Positions 38,267 through 47,480 of a stretch of 62,605 bases of DNA are shown in pieces. The position numbers and the translations under genes were made by a program. The notes beneath the pieces are model-generated. The model saw only the letters and a list, made by a program, of their open reading frames with translations, searched no databases and was not told the DNA's origin. Each line of letters begins with the position of its first letter. Within the stretch, counting starts at the first letter, position 1. The DNA is from an uncultured Candidatus Saccharibacteria bacterium (lineage in GTDB: Bacteria; Patescibacteriota; Minisyncoccia; Phycocordibacterales; UBA9973), in NCBI GenBank assembly GCA_964591445.1, contig CAZQAW010000004.1, positions 1-62,605 of the forward strand, in the 5' to 3' direction.

Positions 38267-38584
38267 ATGGAATTTGCAGTTATACAAACAGGCGGAAAGC
38301 AGTACAAAGTCTCTGTCGGAGACATTATTCGAGTTGAAAAACTCGGAGATGAGCTCAAAAAAGGCGACACAATCGTCTTTGACAAAGTGCTTCTCGTAGA
38401 CAATGGCAAAGATACAACTATCGGCACACCATTTATCGATGGAGCAAAAGTTGAGGCTACATTTGAAGATGCCGGCCGCGCAGACAAAGTCATGGTGGTA
38501 AAATACAAACAGAAAAGCCGGTACTTGAAGCGAAACGGCCACCGCCAGCCTTACTCTGAAGTCAAAATCAAAGCTATCGCATAA
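38267..38584 (+). CDS. rplU: 50S ribosomal protein L21
   Basis: FAVIQTGGKQYKV, GHRQPYS. Confidence 0.97.
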   Translation: MEFAVIQTGGKQYKVSVGDIIRVEKLGDELKKGDTIVFDKVLLVDNGKDTTIGTPFIDGAKVEATFEDAGRADKVMVVKYKQKSRYLKRNGHRQPYSEVKIKAIA

Positions 38585-38613
38585 ACAAAAAAAGCACCCA
38601 GAAGGGTGTTTTT

Positions 38614-39228
38614 TTATTGTCTATTTTTTAAAGCATTTTTGAGAGTATCTCTGTCAGAATATTCGAGTTCAGTGCCAGTGGAAAGTCCGCGGCCGAGACT
38701 TGAGATTTTCATTTTGTAGCTTTCGGCTTTTTTGTCCAAGACTTCGCGAATATAGGTGTCTGTATGGTCGCCATTTGGCGAAAGGGAAAAGGCGAGGATG
38801 ATTTCTTTGAGCGTTCCAGCTTTGCCATCAGCTTCGACACGCTTTTCGATTTCGTTGATGCGCACACGGCTTGAAGTATCTTTTTCTACCACCGGCACAA
38901 GTCCACCGAGCACAAAATAAAGCCCTTTGTAGACCCCGGATTTTTCCATGCTTTCGATATCAGCGTCTTTTTCGACAATCATGAGCGAAGTTTGGTCGCG
39001 GCGAGCGTCGTTGCAAATAAAACACATATCGCTTTCTGTTTTTTTGAAAAAGCGGAAACATTTCTTGCAGCGAGTAATATGCTTTTTGATTTCACTTATA
39101 CTGTCAGCCAAGTCGTTGACATAATATCCATCTGCAGAAAGCAGAAAATACACAAAGCGCTTTGCTTGGCGCTCGCCAATGCCCGGGAAGTGTGCGAAAA
39201 GTTTTGCAAGTTTAGAAAGTTCGTCCAT
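38614..39228 (-). CDS. recR: Recombination mediator RecR
   Basis: FPGIGERQAKR, CKKC...CFIC zinc finger, YFVLGG, GTELEYSD. Confidence 0.95.
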   Translation of the reverse strand: MDELSKLAKLFAHFPGIGERQAKRFVYFLLSADGYYVNDLADSISEIKKHITRCKKCFRFFKKTESDMCFICNDARRDQTSLMIVEKDADIESMEKSGVYKGLYFVLGGLVPVVEKDTSSRVRINEIEKRVEADGKAGTLKEIILAFSLSPNGDHTDTYIREVLDKKAESYKMKISSLGRGLSTGTELEYSDRDTLKNALKNRQ

Positions 39229-39231
39229 ATG

Positions 39232-40611
39232 TTAAAAGTCGCTAAATGAAGTCGGGGAGCTATTTGAAAATCCCTGATCATTTTTCTCGATACTAAGGAA
39301 CGAAGTCGTTTTCTCGTCGAAGTACAAGTCGACTTTGCCGACCGGGCCGTTACGATGCTTTTCAATCAAGATTTCAGCAATGTTTGGGCGATCGGAATTT
39401 TCGTTGTATTTGTCTTCGCGATGAATGAACATCACCACGTCGGCGTCTTGTTCGATAGAACCGGAATCGCGCAAGTCTGACAAGCGCGGCTTACCGCCGC
39501 GCGACTCCACCGCACGAGAAAGCTGAGAAAGCGCAAGTACCGGAACGTCGAGTTCACGAGCAAGTTGCTTGAGTGAGCGAGAAATTTCCGTCACTTGGTT
39601 CACCATCGAGTCATAGTTCTTGCTTGTCGTCATAAGCTGTAAGTAGTCGACAATGATGAGTCCAAGACCGTGTTCGCTTTTCAAACGTCGTGCAGCTGCG
39701 CGCATTTTTGAAATCGCGTTTCCGGCTTGGTCGTCGATGTAGATAGGCGCTTTGGCAAGCTTGTCGAGCGAGTCGCGGATTTTTGAGAATTCTTGGTCGG
39801 TAGAAAGTTTACCAGTGCGCAAATTCCATGAGTTCACACGAGACTCAGCAGACAGCAAACGTGTTGCAAGCTGCTGCGCGCTCATTTCCAAAGAGAAAAT
39901 ACCGACTGGCACATTGTGAAGCACGGCGGCGTTGCGAGCGATGTCGAGCGCAAGCGTGGTTTTACCCATCGAAGGTCGCGCCGCAAGGATGATGAGGTCT
40001 GAACGCTGGAAACCGGCAAGCATGTTGTCCAAATCTTTGTATCCAGTTGGAATGCCGCGCAAGTCGGCTTTTGATTCGTGCAATTTTTCAAGTTCTTCCC
40101 AAGCTTCGGACAACGTTTTCTTAAGCGTTGTAAACTTTTGTGTTTTTGGGCTTGATGTAATACCGAAGAGTTTCTTTTCGGCTTGGTCGAGCACATTGTC
40201 GAGCTCTTCGTCGGTCGATTCGAATGCCAAGTCGGCAATGTAATCTGACGCGTCGATCAAATTGCGAAACGTATATTTCTTGTGCACGATCTCTCCATAG
40301 TGTTTTGCATTGGTCGAAGAAGGAACCATGTTCACAAGCTCGGTCAAATACGTTCGTCCGCCGATCTGCTCTAACTGCATTTTTTCTTCAAGTTTGTTCG
40401 AGAGGGAAAGCAAGTCGATCGGCTCGTTCTTTACAGACAGGTCAAGCATTGCTTGGTAAATGATGCGATGCTTTTCCGCATAAAAAGAATCTGGTGCAAT
40501 AACGTCGGCAATATCAAAAAGTGCACTCGGTCGGAGCATAATAGAGCCAAGCACAGCCTTTTCAGAATCAAGACTTTGTGGCGGTATTCGCAAGTCACTT
40601 TTCTTTGCCAT
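39232..40611 (-). CDS. dnaB: Replicative DNA helicase DnaB
   Basis: AARPSMGKT, VDYLQLM, LSQLSR, SDLRDSGSIEQDAD. Confidence 0.97.
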   Translation of the reverse strand: MAKKSDLRIPPQSLDSEKAVLGSIMLRPSALFDIADVIAPDSFYAEKHRIIYQAMLDLSVKNEPIDLLSLSNKLEEKMQLEQIGGRTYLTELVNMVPSSTNAKHYGEIVHKKYTFRNLIDASDYIADLAFESTDEELDNVLDQAEKKLFGITSSPKTQKFTTLKKTLSEAWEELEKLHESKADLRGIPTGYKDLDNMLAGFQRSDLIILAARPSMGKTTLALDIARNAAVLHNVPVGIFSLEMSAQQLATRLLSAESRVNSWNLRTGKLSTDQEFSKIRDSLDKLAKAPIYIDDQAGNAISKMRAAARRLKSEHGLGLIIVDYLQLMTTSKNYDSMVNQVTEISRSLKQLARELDVPVLALSQLSRAVESRGGKPRLSDLRDSGSIEQDADVVMFIHREDKYNENSDRPNIAEILIEKHRNGPVGKVDLYFDEKTTSFLSIEKNDQGFSNSSPTSFSDF

Positions 40612-40746
40612 AACTAGAAAGATTGTAGCACGGCAGACTTATCAAAGAAAAATAAAGTTCCGCAAAAGCATGTTGGAAACGTGTGGAGAAATATTTGACT
40701 AAATAACTAATATATGTTAATTTAAGAAAAAACAAAAAACATAATT

Positions 40747-41652
40747 ATGAAGCAAAGAAAAAGTACCGAGGCTTTTGTAAGCGATCTTAAAAAAGCTGAA
40801 GGTTCATTAAGAGGCATCTTAACGAACCAATTTAAAGTTGAACCATCAAAAATCGTCTTGATTCAACAAGGATCTAGCAGTTTAAACGTTCTTTCAAAAG
40901 AACTTGTAGATGTTACACATGAAGTTGAGTACGGCAAAGAGCTAGGTTTTAGCAAACCTACAGTAGCAGGCCACGAAGGTAAAGTACTTTTTGGATTTAC
41001 AAAAGATGGCAACATACCGGTTGTGATACTGAAAGGACGAATGCATTTAAATGAGGGATATCTTCCTCGCCAAGTTGCGTGGCCCATTTTTCTTTTTGGA
41101 AATATAGGTATACGGAAAGTCATACTTACAAATGCAGTGGGAAGTACTCAAAAAAACAGACCGCCAGGAAGTATTGGGGTTATCAGTGATCATTTTAACT
41201 ATGTGCGCAAGGATCCATTTTACGGAGGACTTGCAAGAATGTTAGGAAAAAATAATCAATTTGTACCGATGGATAATATATATCATCCTGGCTATGCAAG
41301 AATAGCTTACTGTATCGGCAAACAAGATTTAAACCTAAATATACATCATGGTAAATATCTTATAAATATGGGGCCATCGTTTGAAACAAAACACGAAGTA
41401 GAAACATTTCGTGACGCTTTCGGAGTAGATTACATAGGCATGTCGTTGGTAATGGAAGCAATGGCTTCCAAACTGTACACTGATTTTGAAAACCCCGAAA
41501 AGTCTATGATGGTACTTGCTTTGTCGGGAGTATCAAACTATGCTGCCGGAATTTCTGAAGAATCGATAACTCATGAAAATAATTTGCGTGTATTAGAAGA
41601 GCTCGACAGTAATTTCTCTACACTCATTTATAAATGCATCCAAAGAATGTAA
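40747..41652 (+). CDS. Purine nucleoside phosphorylase (PNP/MTAP family), AT-rich insert
   Basis: GSS, VAGHEG, GRMHLNEGY, LTNAVG, GPSFET, IGMS, SNYAAG. Confidence 0.85.
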   Translation: MKQRKSTEAFVSDLKKAEGSLRGILTNQFKVEPSKIVLIQQGSSSLNVLSKELVDVTHEVEYGKELGFSKPTVAGHEGKVLFGFTKDGNIPVVILKGRMHLNEGYLPRQVAWPIFLFGNIGIRKVILTNAVGSTQKNRPPGSIGVISDHFNYVRKDPFYGGLARMLGKNNQFVPMDNIYHPGYARIAYCIGKQDLNLNIHHGKYLINMGPSFETKHEVETFRDAFGVDYIGMSLVMEAMASKLYTDFENPEKSMMVLALSGVSNYAAGISEESITHENNLRVLEELDSNFSTLIYKCIQRM

Positions 41653-41729
41653 AAGGAAATCAGAACTGGTGAAAACCCGCTTAATATAAGCGGGTTTTTT
41701 ATTTTTTGGCTTTCTGGTACAATGTTTTT

Positions 41730-42677
41730 ATGACTAAAAAGATCTTACTCTCAGGCGTCAAGCCTACCGGACGGCCTCATATTGGAAACTATTTTGGCGC
41801 GATGAAACAATTTGTCGATTTACAGAACGATTACCAGGCTTATGTGATGATTGCCGACTTGCACGCACTTACGACGGTGCAAAATACCGAAGAAATGCGA
41901 CAAATGACACGTGACCTTGTTTTGGACTATCTTGCTATCGGTCTTGATCCAGAGAATGTTGTTTTGTTCAAGCAATCAGAAGTCAGCGCTCACGCCGAGC
42001 TTGCGTGGGTCTTTGATTGTATTACAACAATGCCATATCTCATGCGCGCGCATGCATTCAAAGATTCTGAAGCAAAGAATAAAGAAATTAACGTTGGCGT
42101 GTTCAATTACCCAATGCTCATGGCGGCAGATATTTTACTTTACGATGCAGATGTCGTCCCAGTTGGTAAAGATCAAAAACAGCATATCGAATATGCTCGC
42201 GACACTGCGCAGAAATTCAACAATACTTTCAACATAGAACTTTTTAAACTTCCGGAAGATTTGATTATCGAATCTGTCGAAACTGTGCCTGGAACTGATG
42301 GACAAAAAATGTCAAAGAGTTATAAAAACACTATTCCACTTTTTGCAACTGACGAAGAAATTGAAAAGGCTGTGATGGGAATTGTGACGGATTCCGGTTC
42401 AGACATTCCAGAAAACGTCTACGCAATTCATAAACTATTCAGAGATGAAGCAGAATTAAAAGCGCTTTACGAAGAACACAAAGGCAAGTATAAAGCACTT
42501 AAAGATGCGCTAGCAGAAGATATTAAAAACTTTATCAAACCAATGCGAGAGCGAAGAGAAAAGTTCACCAGCCAACCAGATCTTGTAAAGAAAATTATCG
42601 ACCAAGGTAACAAAAAAGCAAACGAAGTTGCACAAGCAAAACTTCGTGAGATTAAGCGGGCTGTTGGGGTCTTATAA
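41730..42677 (+). CDS. trpS: Tryptophanyl-tRNA synthetase
   Basis: SGVKPTGRPHIGNY, YPMLMAADIL, KMSKS. Confidence 0.96.
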   Translation: MTKKILLSGVKPTGRPHIGNYFGAMKQFVDLQNDYQAYVMIADLHALTTVQNTEEMRQMTRDLVLDYLAIGLDPENVVLFKQSEVSAHAELAWVFDCITTMPYLMRAHAFKDSEAKNKEINVGVFNYPMLMAADILLYDADVVPVGKDQKQHIEYARDTAQKFNNTFNIELFKLPEDLIIESVETVPGTDGQKMSKSYKNTIPLFATDEEIEKAVMGIVTDSGSDIPENVYAIHKLFRDEAELKALYEEHKGKYKALKDALAEDIKNFIKPMRERREKFTSQPDLVKKIIDQGNKKANEVAQAKLREIKRAVGVL

Positions 42678-42713
42678 TTTGACACACCACAAATCAAAGC
42701 GTACACTGGTAAA

Positions 42714-42960
42714 TGAATTAGCTATGCCATACAAGTGAGTGCGGGAGGTTTTTTGAGTTTAGTTTTGTATTTTTCATAGTTTTTTTGTTTAGTTGTTTCT
42801 TTCGCTTGAATGGCATTTACAGGCAGATATACTTTATTAGGAAGGATGACCAGGGCGGCAACGTTCTGCAATTCTCAAGATCGGAGTTTGACTCCTTTCG
42901 AGTCCTTACTGAAAGTATGATTTGTACAAAGAGCGGGGGTCTTTTGATCCTCGCTTTTTT
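42714..42960 (+). ncRNA. Candidate structured small RNA
   Basis: Promoter TTGACA-17-TACACT (42679-42707), 15-bp stem around a U-rich loop, GCAA-capped hairpin, terminator 42932-42960. Confidence 0.5.
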
Positions 42961-42992
42961 ATTTGACACTTAACATAAAATTGCTCGGTCAC

Positions 42993-43085
42993 GACCGTAC
43001 CAGGTGCACCGGTTATACGGTCATTCCTCACACCTGAATCTATCCAGAGTATGTTACGTTAATGGCGGCATATTCTGGTTTTTTT
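42993..43085 (+). terminator. Hairpin plus a second terminator upstream of aspS
   Basis: GACCGTA...TACGGTC stem; CCAGAGTATG...CATATTCTGG followed by T7. Confidence 0.6.
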
Positions 43086-43123
43086 ATTTTTCTAAAAAGC
43101 AAACTTATGGTAGAATCACAACT

Positions 43124-44458
43124 ATGTCAGAACGTATATTTATAAAGGATTTGGAGGCTCATACTGGAGCCGAAGTTACTATTTGTGGGTGGATCAACGT
43201 GCGCCGCGACCAGGGGAAAATGGTCTTTTTTGATTTTCGCGATATGTCCGGCTACGTCCAGGGGGTTGTTTTACCGAATCAAACTGAAGCTCTTGAGATT
43301 GCCAAAGAAGCTCGCAGCGAGTGGGTTGTTGAAGTGAAAGGAAAAGTAAACGAACGCCCAGAGCGCAACCGCCAAGCCGACAAACAAAATGGAAACATTG
43401 AACTTGAGGTTCTTGGAATAAAAATTTTGAGTAAAGCACAAGAACTTCCATTTACATCCGACGCAGAACTCAACTTGGACACAATGCTCGACTATCGACC
43501 GCTTACTTTGCGACGAGAGCGCGAGCAGGCGATTTTCAAAACTCAGCATGTAATCCTTACTGCATTTCGTGAATATTTGAATTCACAACATTTTACAGAA
43601 TTTCAAGCGCCGAAGATCGTGGGTGGCGACGCCGAAGGCGGCGCTGGTGTTTTCAAGATTGAATATTTATACGAGCAAGCAGCATATCTTTCTACAAGCC
43701 CGCAACTTCACAAGCAAATGATGGTCGGGCCTTTTGAGCGTGTGTACGCAACCGGTCCGCAATTCCGCGCAGAAAAACATGCGACAACACGACATTTGAA
43801 CGAAATCTCGATGCTCGACTTTGAAATGGGCTTCATCAACGACCATCATGATGTGATGAACATGATTCAAAATACTTTGAAACATGTTGTAAAAAAAGTT
43901 GGGGAAGACGCAAAGCACGCGCTCAACTATTTCAAAATAGAACTTCCACTTACTCCAAAAAAGTTTCCAGCAATGAAGCTTCGTGAAGCACAGGAACTTA
44001 TCTACAAAGAAACAGGTGAAGACTGCCGCAACGAACCAGACCTTGAACCAGCGCACGAACGATGGCTCTGTGAATACGCCGCAAAGAATTTGGAAAGTGA
44101 TTTTATTTTCATAACGCACTACCCAGTTTCAAAACGTCCATTTTACACAATGGAAGATACAGAAGATCCAGGCTTTACAAAAAGCTTTGACTTGCTTTTC
44201 CGCGGCGTAGAAATCCTTTCTGGAAGTCAGCGCGTGCACGACTATGACATGTTGATTGAAAAAATTAAAGCAAAAGGTCTTGATCCAGAAAAATTTGAGT
44301 TTTATTTGATGGCTTTCAAATACGGACTTCCTCCGCATGGTGGCATCGGTATGGGGCTTGAACGTCTGACACAAAAATTCTTGGGCGTAGAGAACATCAA
44401 AGAAGCAACGCTCTTCCCGCGAGACATCAACCGCATCGACCAACGGCTTTCGAAATAG
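43124..44458 (+). CDS. aspS: Aspartyl-tRNA synthetase (archaeal/non-discriminating type)
   Basis: OB-fold VRRDQGK, STSPQLHKQ, FRAEK, YGLPPHGGIGMGLER; ~444 aa without the bacterial GAD insert. Confidence 0.9.
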   Translation: MSERIFIKDLEAHTGAEVTICGWINVRRDQGKMVFFDFRDMSGYVQGVVLPNQTEALEIAKEARSEWVVEVKGKVNERPERNRQADKQNGNIELEVLGIKILSKAQELPFTSDAELNLDTMLDYRPLTLRREREQAIFKTQHVILTAFREYLNSQHFTEFQAPKIVGGDAEGGAGVFKIEYLYEQAAYLSTSPQLHKQMMVGPFERVYATGPQFRAEKHATTRHLNEISMLDFEMGFINDHHDVMNMIQNTLKHVVKKVGEDAKHALNYFKIELPLTPKKFPAMKLREAQELIYKETGEDCRNEPDLEPAHERWLCEYAAKNLESDFIFITHYPVSKRPFYTMEDTEDPGFTKSFDLLFRGVEILSGSQRVHDYDMLIEKIKAKGLDPEKFEFYLMAFKYGLPPHGGIGMGLERLTQKFLGVENIKEATLFPRDINRIDQRLSK

Positions 44459-44479
44459 CCTCTATGGTATAATTTTACT

Positions 44480-45145
44480 ATGCCCGAAACAAATGCAATC
44501 ATCACTCAGCTCGGGGCCATGTCGTATTTTGGCATTTTTGGCGTTTCGCTTTTGGCAAATATGGTGGTGCCGGTGCCGGAAGAGATCGTGCTTCTTTCGC
44601 TCGGGTATTTGGTGGGAACAGGGCATCTGAGCTTTTTTATCCTCGTGCCGATCGTCATGGCAGGGCTTCTGATCAGCGACATTACGATTTTTTATTTGGC
44701 GAAAAGGGGAAGTAAATTCACGGGTTTTATCTACAGCAAATTCTTCGCGAAAAGACTTTCTGCGCACAGCGAATGGCTTGAAATTCATATCGACAAAGTA
44801 GTCTTCTTTGCAAGATTCCTCATGCAACTACGATTCCTCGGGCCGTTTTTAGCAGGACAGCAAAATATCTCATTTAAAAGATTTTTCAAATTTGACTTCT
44901 TGGCCATCCTTATCTACGTGCCGCTCTACATCGCCATCGGTTGGTATTTCCACACACGCATCGGCTTTATCTTAAGCGGTATCGGCTTGGTAAAAAATAT
45001 CATTCTCATCGTTATTGGCCTCGTACTTCTCGTCGCATTTTCAAAGTTCATGAGCCGGCTTATTTTTGGACCATACACACTTTCGTATCGCGGCAAGCCG
45101 GAAGAAAGAACTTTTATTCCATTTATCTACAAAATAAAAAAGTAA
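44480..45145 (+). CDS. DedA family membrane protein
   Basis: VPVPEEIVL, FARF, FLAG motifs. Confidence 0.88.
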   Translation: MPETNAIITQLGAMSYFGIFGVSLLANMVVPVPEEIVLLSLGYLVGTGHLSFFILVPIVMAGLLISDITIFYLAKRGSKFTGFIYSKFFAKRLSAHSEWLEIHIDKVVFFARFLMQLRFLGPFLAGQQNISFKRFFKFDFLAILIYVPLYIAIGWYFHTRIGFILSGIGLVKNIILIVIGLVLLVAFSKFMSRLIFGPYTLSYRGKPEERTFIPFIYKIKK

Positions 45146-45146
45146 C

Positions 45147-45953
45147 ATGGACGCTGATCGCACTTTATACAAAGTAAAAACTCCGATTTTCGAAGGCCCG
45201 CTTTCGCTTCTGCTCGACCTTATCGAGCGACGCAAGCTTTTCGTAAACGAAATCGCCCTTGCGCAAGTCACGGACGACTATGTTTCGTATATCAAGACGC
45301 TCCAAAACGAACAAGAAGGACAAACGACCGAAACAAAATTGCTTTCAGATATCACTTCGTTCATCATTATTGCGGCAACGCTTATCCTCATCAAGTCAAA
45401 ATCACTTTTGCCAAACATGCTTTTGACAGAAGAGGAAGAGAACGAAATCGGCACGCTCGAAGACCGCCTCAAACTGTACAAAGTTGCAAAAGACGCCGGC
45501 GAATACGTAAAAAAAGTATTCGGCAAGGCAACAATGTACGCACCGCTTGAGCGCAAAAACGATGAAGTAGTATTTACTCCGGACGAACGCATCACCACGA
45601 GCTTCATGCGCGAACTTGCAGGAGATGTGCTCCGCGCAATACCGAAAAAAGAAGTTTTGCCGGAAGTCGAAGTAAAAAAAGTTATCAGCATTGAAGAGAT
45701 GATTGGGAATTTAGGCAAGCGCATCGAAGAAGGATTTGCGACGAGCTTCCGAGAATTTTCTGGCCACAAAGGCACGCACACCAAAGAGGAAAAAGTGTTT
45801 GTGATTGTGTCTTTTCTTGCTATGCTGGAACTTGTACGCCAAGGCATTCTCGATGTTTTACAGAATGGACATTTTAACGAAATCGAAATGAAAAAAAGGG
45901 AGGACGCGGGCGACATTAACATGGAAGAGATCGAACAAGCTTATGAATCTTGA
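45147..45953 (+). CDS. scpA: Segregation and condensation protein A
   Basis: FEGPLSLLLDLI, FLAMLELVRQG. Confidence 0.93.
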   Translation: MDADRTLYKVKTPIFEGPLSLLLDLIERRKLFVNEIALAQVTDDYVSYIKTLQNEQEGQTTETKLLSDITSFIIIAATLILIKSKSLLPNMLLTEEEENEIGTLEDRLKLYKVAKDAGEYVKKVFGKATMYAPLERKNDEVVFTPDERITTSFMRELAGDVLRAIPKKEVLPEVEVKKVISIEEMIGNLGKRIEEGFATSFREFSGHKGTHTKEEKVFVIVSFLAMLELVRQGILDVLQNGHFNEIEMKKREDAGDINMEEIEQAYES

Positions 45954-46488
45954 TGCACAAATTGAAGCATTGCTTTTTTATACGGGTGAACCAATGGCAA
46001 AATCAAAACTTGCTTCTCTTTGTGATGTTGAGGTTGCAGATATTGAAAATGCGCTCGTAACACTCAGAGAAAAACTTACAGACCGTGGTATCAAACTTGT
46101 TGAGAAAGAACATGAAGTACTGCTTGCTACAAAAAAAGAAATGTCTGAAATCATAGAGAAGCTTCGTAAAGATGAAGTAAACAAAGAACTTTCAAAGGCA
46201 AGTTTGGAGACGCTTTCGATCATCTTGTATTCAGACAAGCCGACTCGCGCCGATATCGACTACATCCGTGGCGTGAATTCGAGCTTCATCTTGCGCAACT
46301 TGATGGTGCGCGGACTTATCGAGAAAACCGAACATCCGGACGACGCACGACGTTTTTACTACAAGCCGACATTTGAACTTTTGCAATGGATGGGCGCCGG
46401 CAATGTGAGCGAACTTCCGGAATACGATTCACTTCAAAAACTTTTCCGCGGCGAAATTGCAAACGAAGCCGAAGAACAACAAGCATAA
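45943..46488 (+). CDS. scpB: Segregation and condensation protein B
   Basis: IEALLF, LSKASLETLSII, IRGVNS. Confidence 0.93.
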   Translation: MNLDAQIEALLFYTGEPMAKSKLASLCDVEVADIENALVTLREKLTDRGIKLVEKEHEVLLATKKEMSEIIEKLRKDEVNKELSKASLETLSIILYSDKPTRADIDYIRGVNSSFILRNLMVRGLIEKTEHPDDARRFYYKPTFELLQWMGAGNVSELPEYDSLQKLFRGEIANEAEEQQA

Positions 46489-47450
46489 TGAAATTACAGA
46501 AACTCACACAACTTTTGCTTGTTTTGTTTTTGACAGCACTGCTCGCGCTGCAGTTTTTTGCTTCATATGAAAAACGTCTTGCCGAAGAGCGCGCATTCAA
46601 CCAGCTGTTTTCTCTTATTCCAAATCCGTTTAACGCCGTTGTTCTGGAAGCTCAAACAGCGTTGGTCATGGACCTCGACACGCACACGCCGATCTACGTC
46701 AAACATCCAAACCAGCCGCGGCCGATCGCTTCTATTACCAAACTCATGACTGCAGATATCGCGCTACGAACTATCGACCCGGAAGAAATAGTGGATATTA
46801 CTCCCGAAGCCTTGAAAGAAGAAGGGGAGTACGGATTAAAATCCGGCCAAAAATGGAAAGCGAAGGACCTGATCGCTTTCATGCTTATCGAATCTTCAAA
46901 CGACGCAGCACATGCGCTTCAGATGCATAGCGACGCGAAGCAAGCCATCGCCGAAAATGCTTTGACGCCTGGCAGATTCATCGACCTCATGAATGCGCGA
47001 GGCCAAGAACTCAACTTGCCGACAGCATTGTTTGGTAATCCGTCCGGACTTGATACAAAAGAAAAAACGCCGACTGCGTTTGCATCAGCAAAAGACACGG
47101 TGTATTTGCTCGATGATACATATACGAATTATCCGGACATTATTGGCACGACAAAATACGCAAAGTATCCGCTTCTCACACAAGAAGGCAAGGAATATAT
47201 TGCCGAAAATACGAACGACATCGCCGAGCTCATCCCAGGACTTCTGGCTTCTAAAACAGGCTTTACAGACAGTGCTGGTGGAAATCTGGTCATCTTGTAT
47301 CAAACAAAACAAGGCAAGCGGATCGGGGTCAGCGTGCTTGGATCTTCGCTCAAAGGACGTTTTGCCGACATAGAAGCCCTGGTCAACGCCACAAATACTT
47401 ATTTGGATGCCATTTATGCCTCACCGCTCAAAGAGTATTACCCTTGGTAG
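46488..47450 (+). CDS. D-alanyl-D-alanine carboxypeptidase (S11)
   Basis: SITK (SxxK), SSN (SxN), KTG; TAATG overlap with scpB. Confidence 0.9.
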   Translation: MKLQKLTQLLLVLFLTALLALQFFASYEKRLAEERAFNQLFSLIPNPFNAVVLEAQTALVMDLDTHTPIYVKHPNQPRPIASITKLMTADIALRTIDPEEIVDITPEALKEEGEYGLKSGQKWKAKDLIAFMLIESSNDAAHALQMHSDAKQAIAENALTPGRFIDLMNARGQELNLPTALFGNPSGLDTKEKTPTAFASAKDTVYLLDDTYTNYPDIIGTTKYAKYPLLTQEGKEYIAENTNDIAELIPGLLASKTGFTDSAGGNLVILYQTKQGKRIGVSVLGSSLKGRFADIEALVNATNTYLDAIYASPLKEYYPW

Positions 47451-47480
47451 GGCACAGCGCGTATAGTATACTTAAACATC

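Noticed and set aside
42785-42973. 62-aa ORF with faint DUF397-like pattern
   Set aside because: TTG start inside a T-rich tract, and it runs through a strong terminator; resemblance too weak.
42700-43110. T-box riboswitch for aspS
   Set aside because: No GGTGGnACCGCG T-box motif, and aspS has its own -10 box downstream of both terminators.
25692-46488. N-terminal extensions in the ORF track for grpE, aspS, the S11 peptidase, trpS, speD and others
   Set aside because: They overlap upstream genes, terminators or promoters; downstream ATGs fit homology and -10 spacing.
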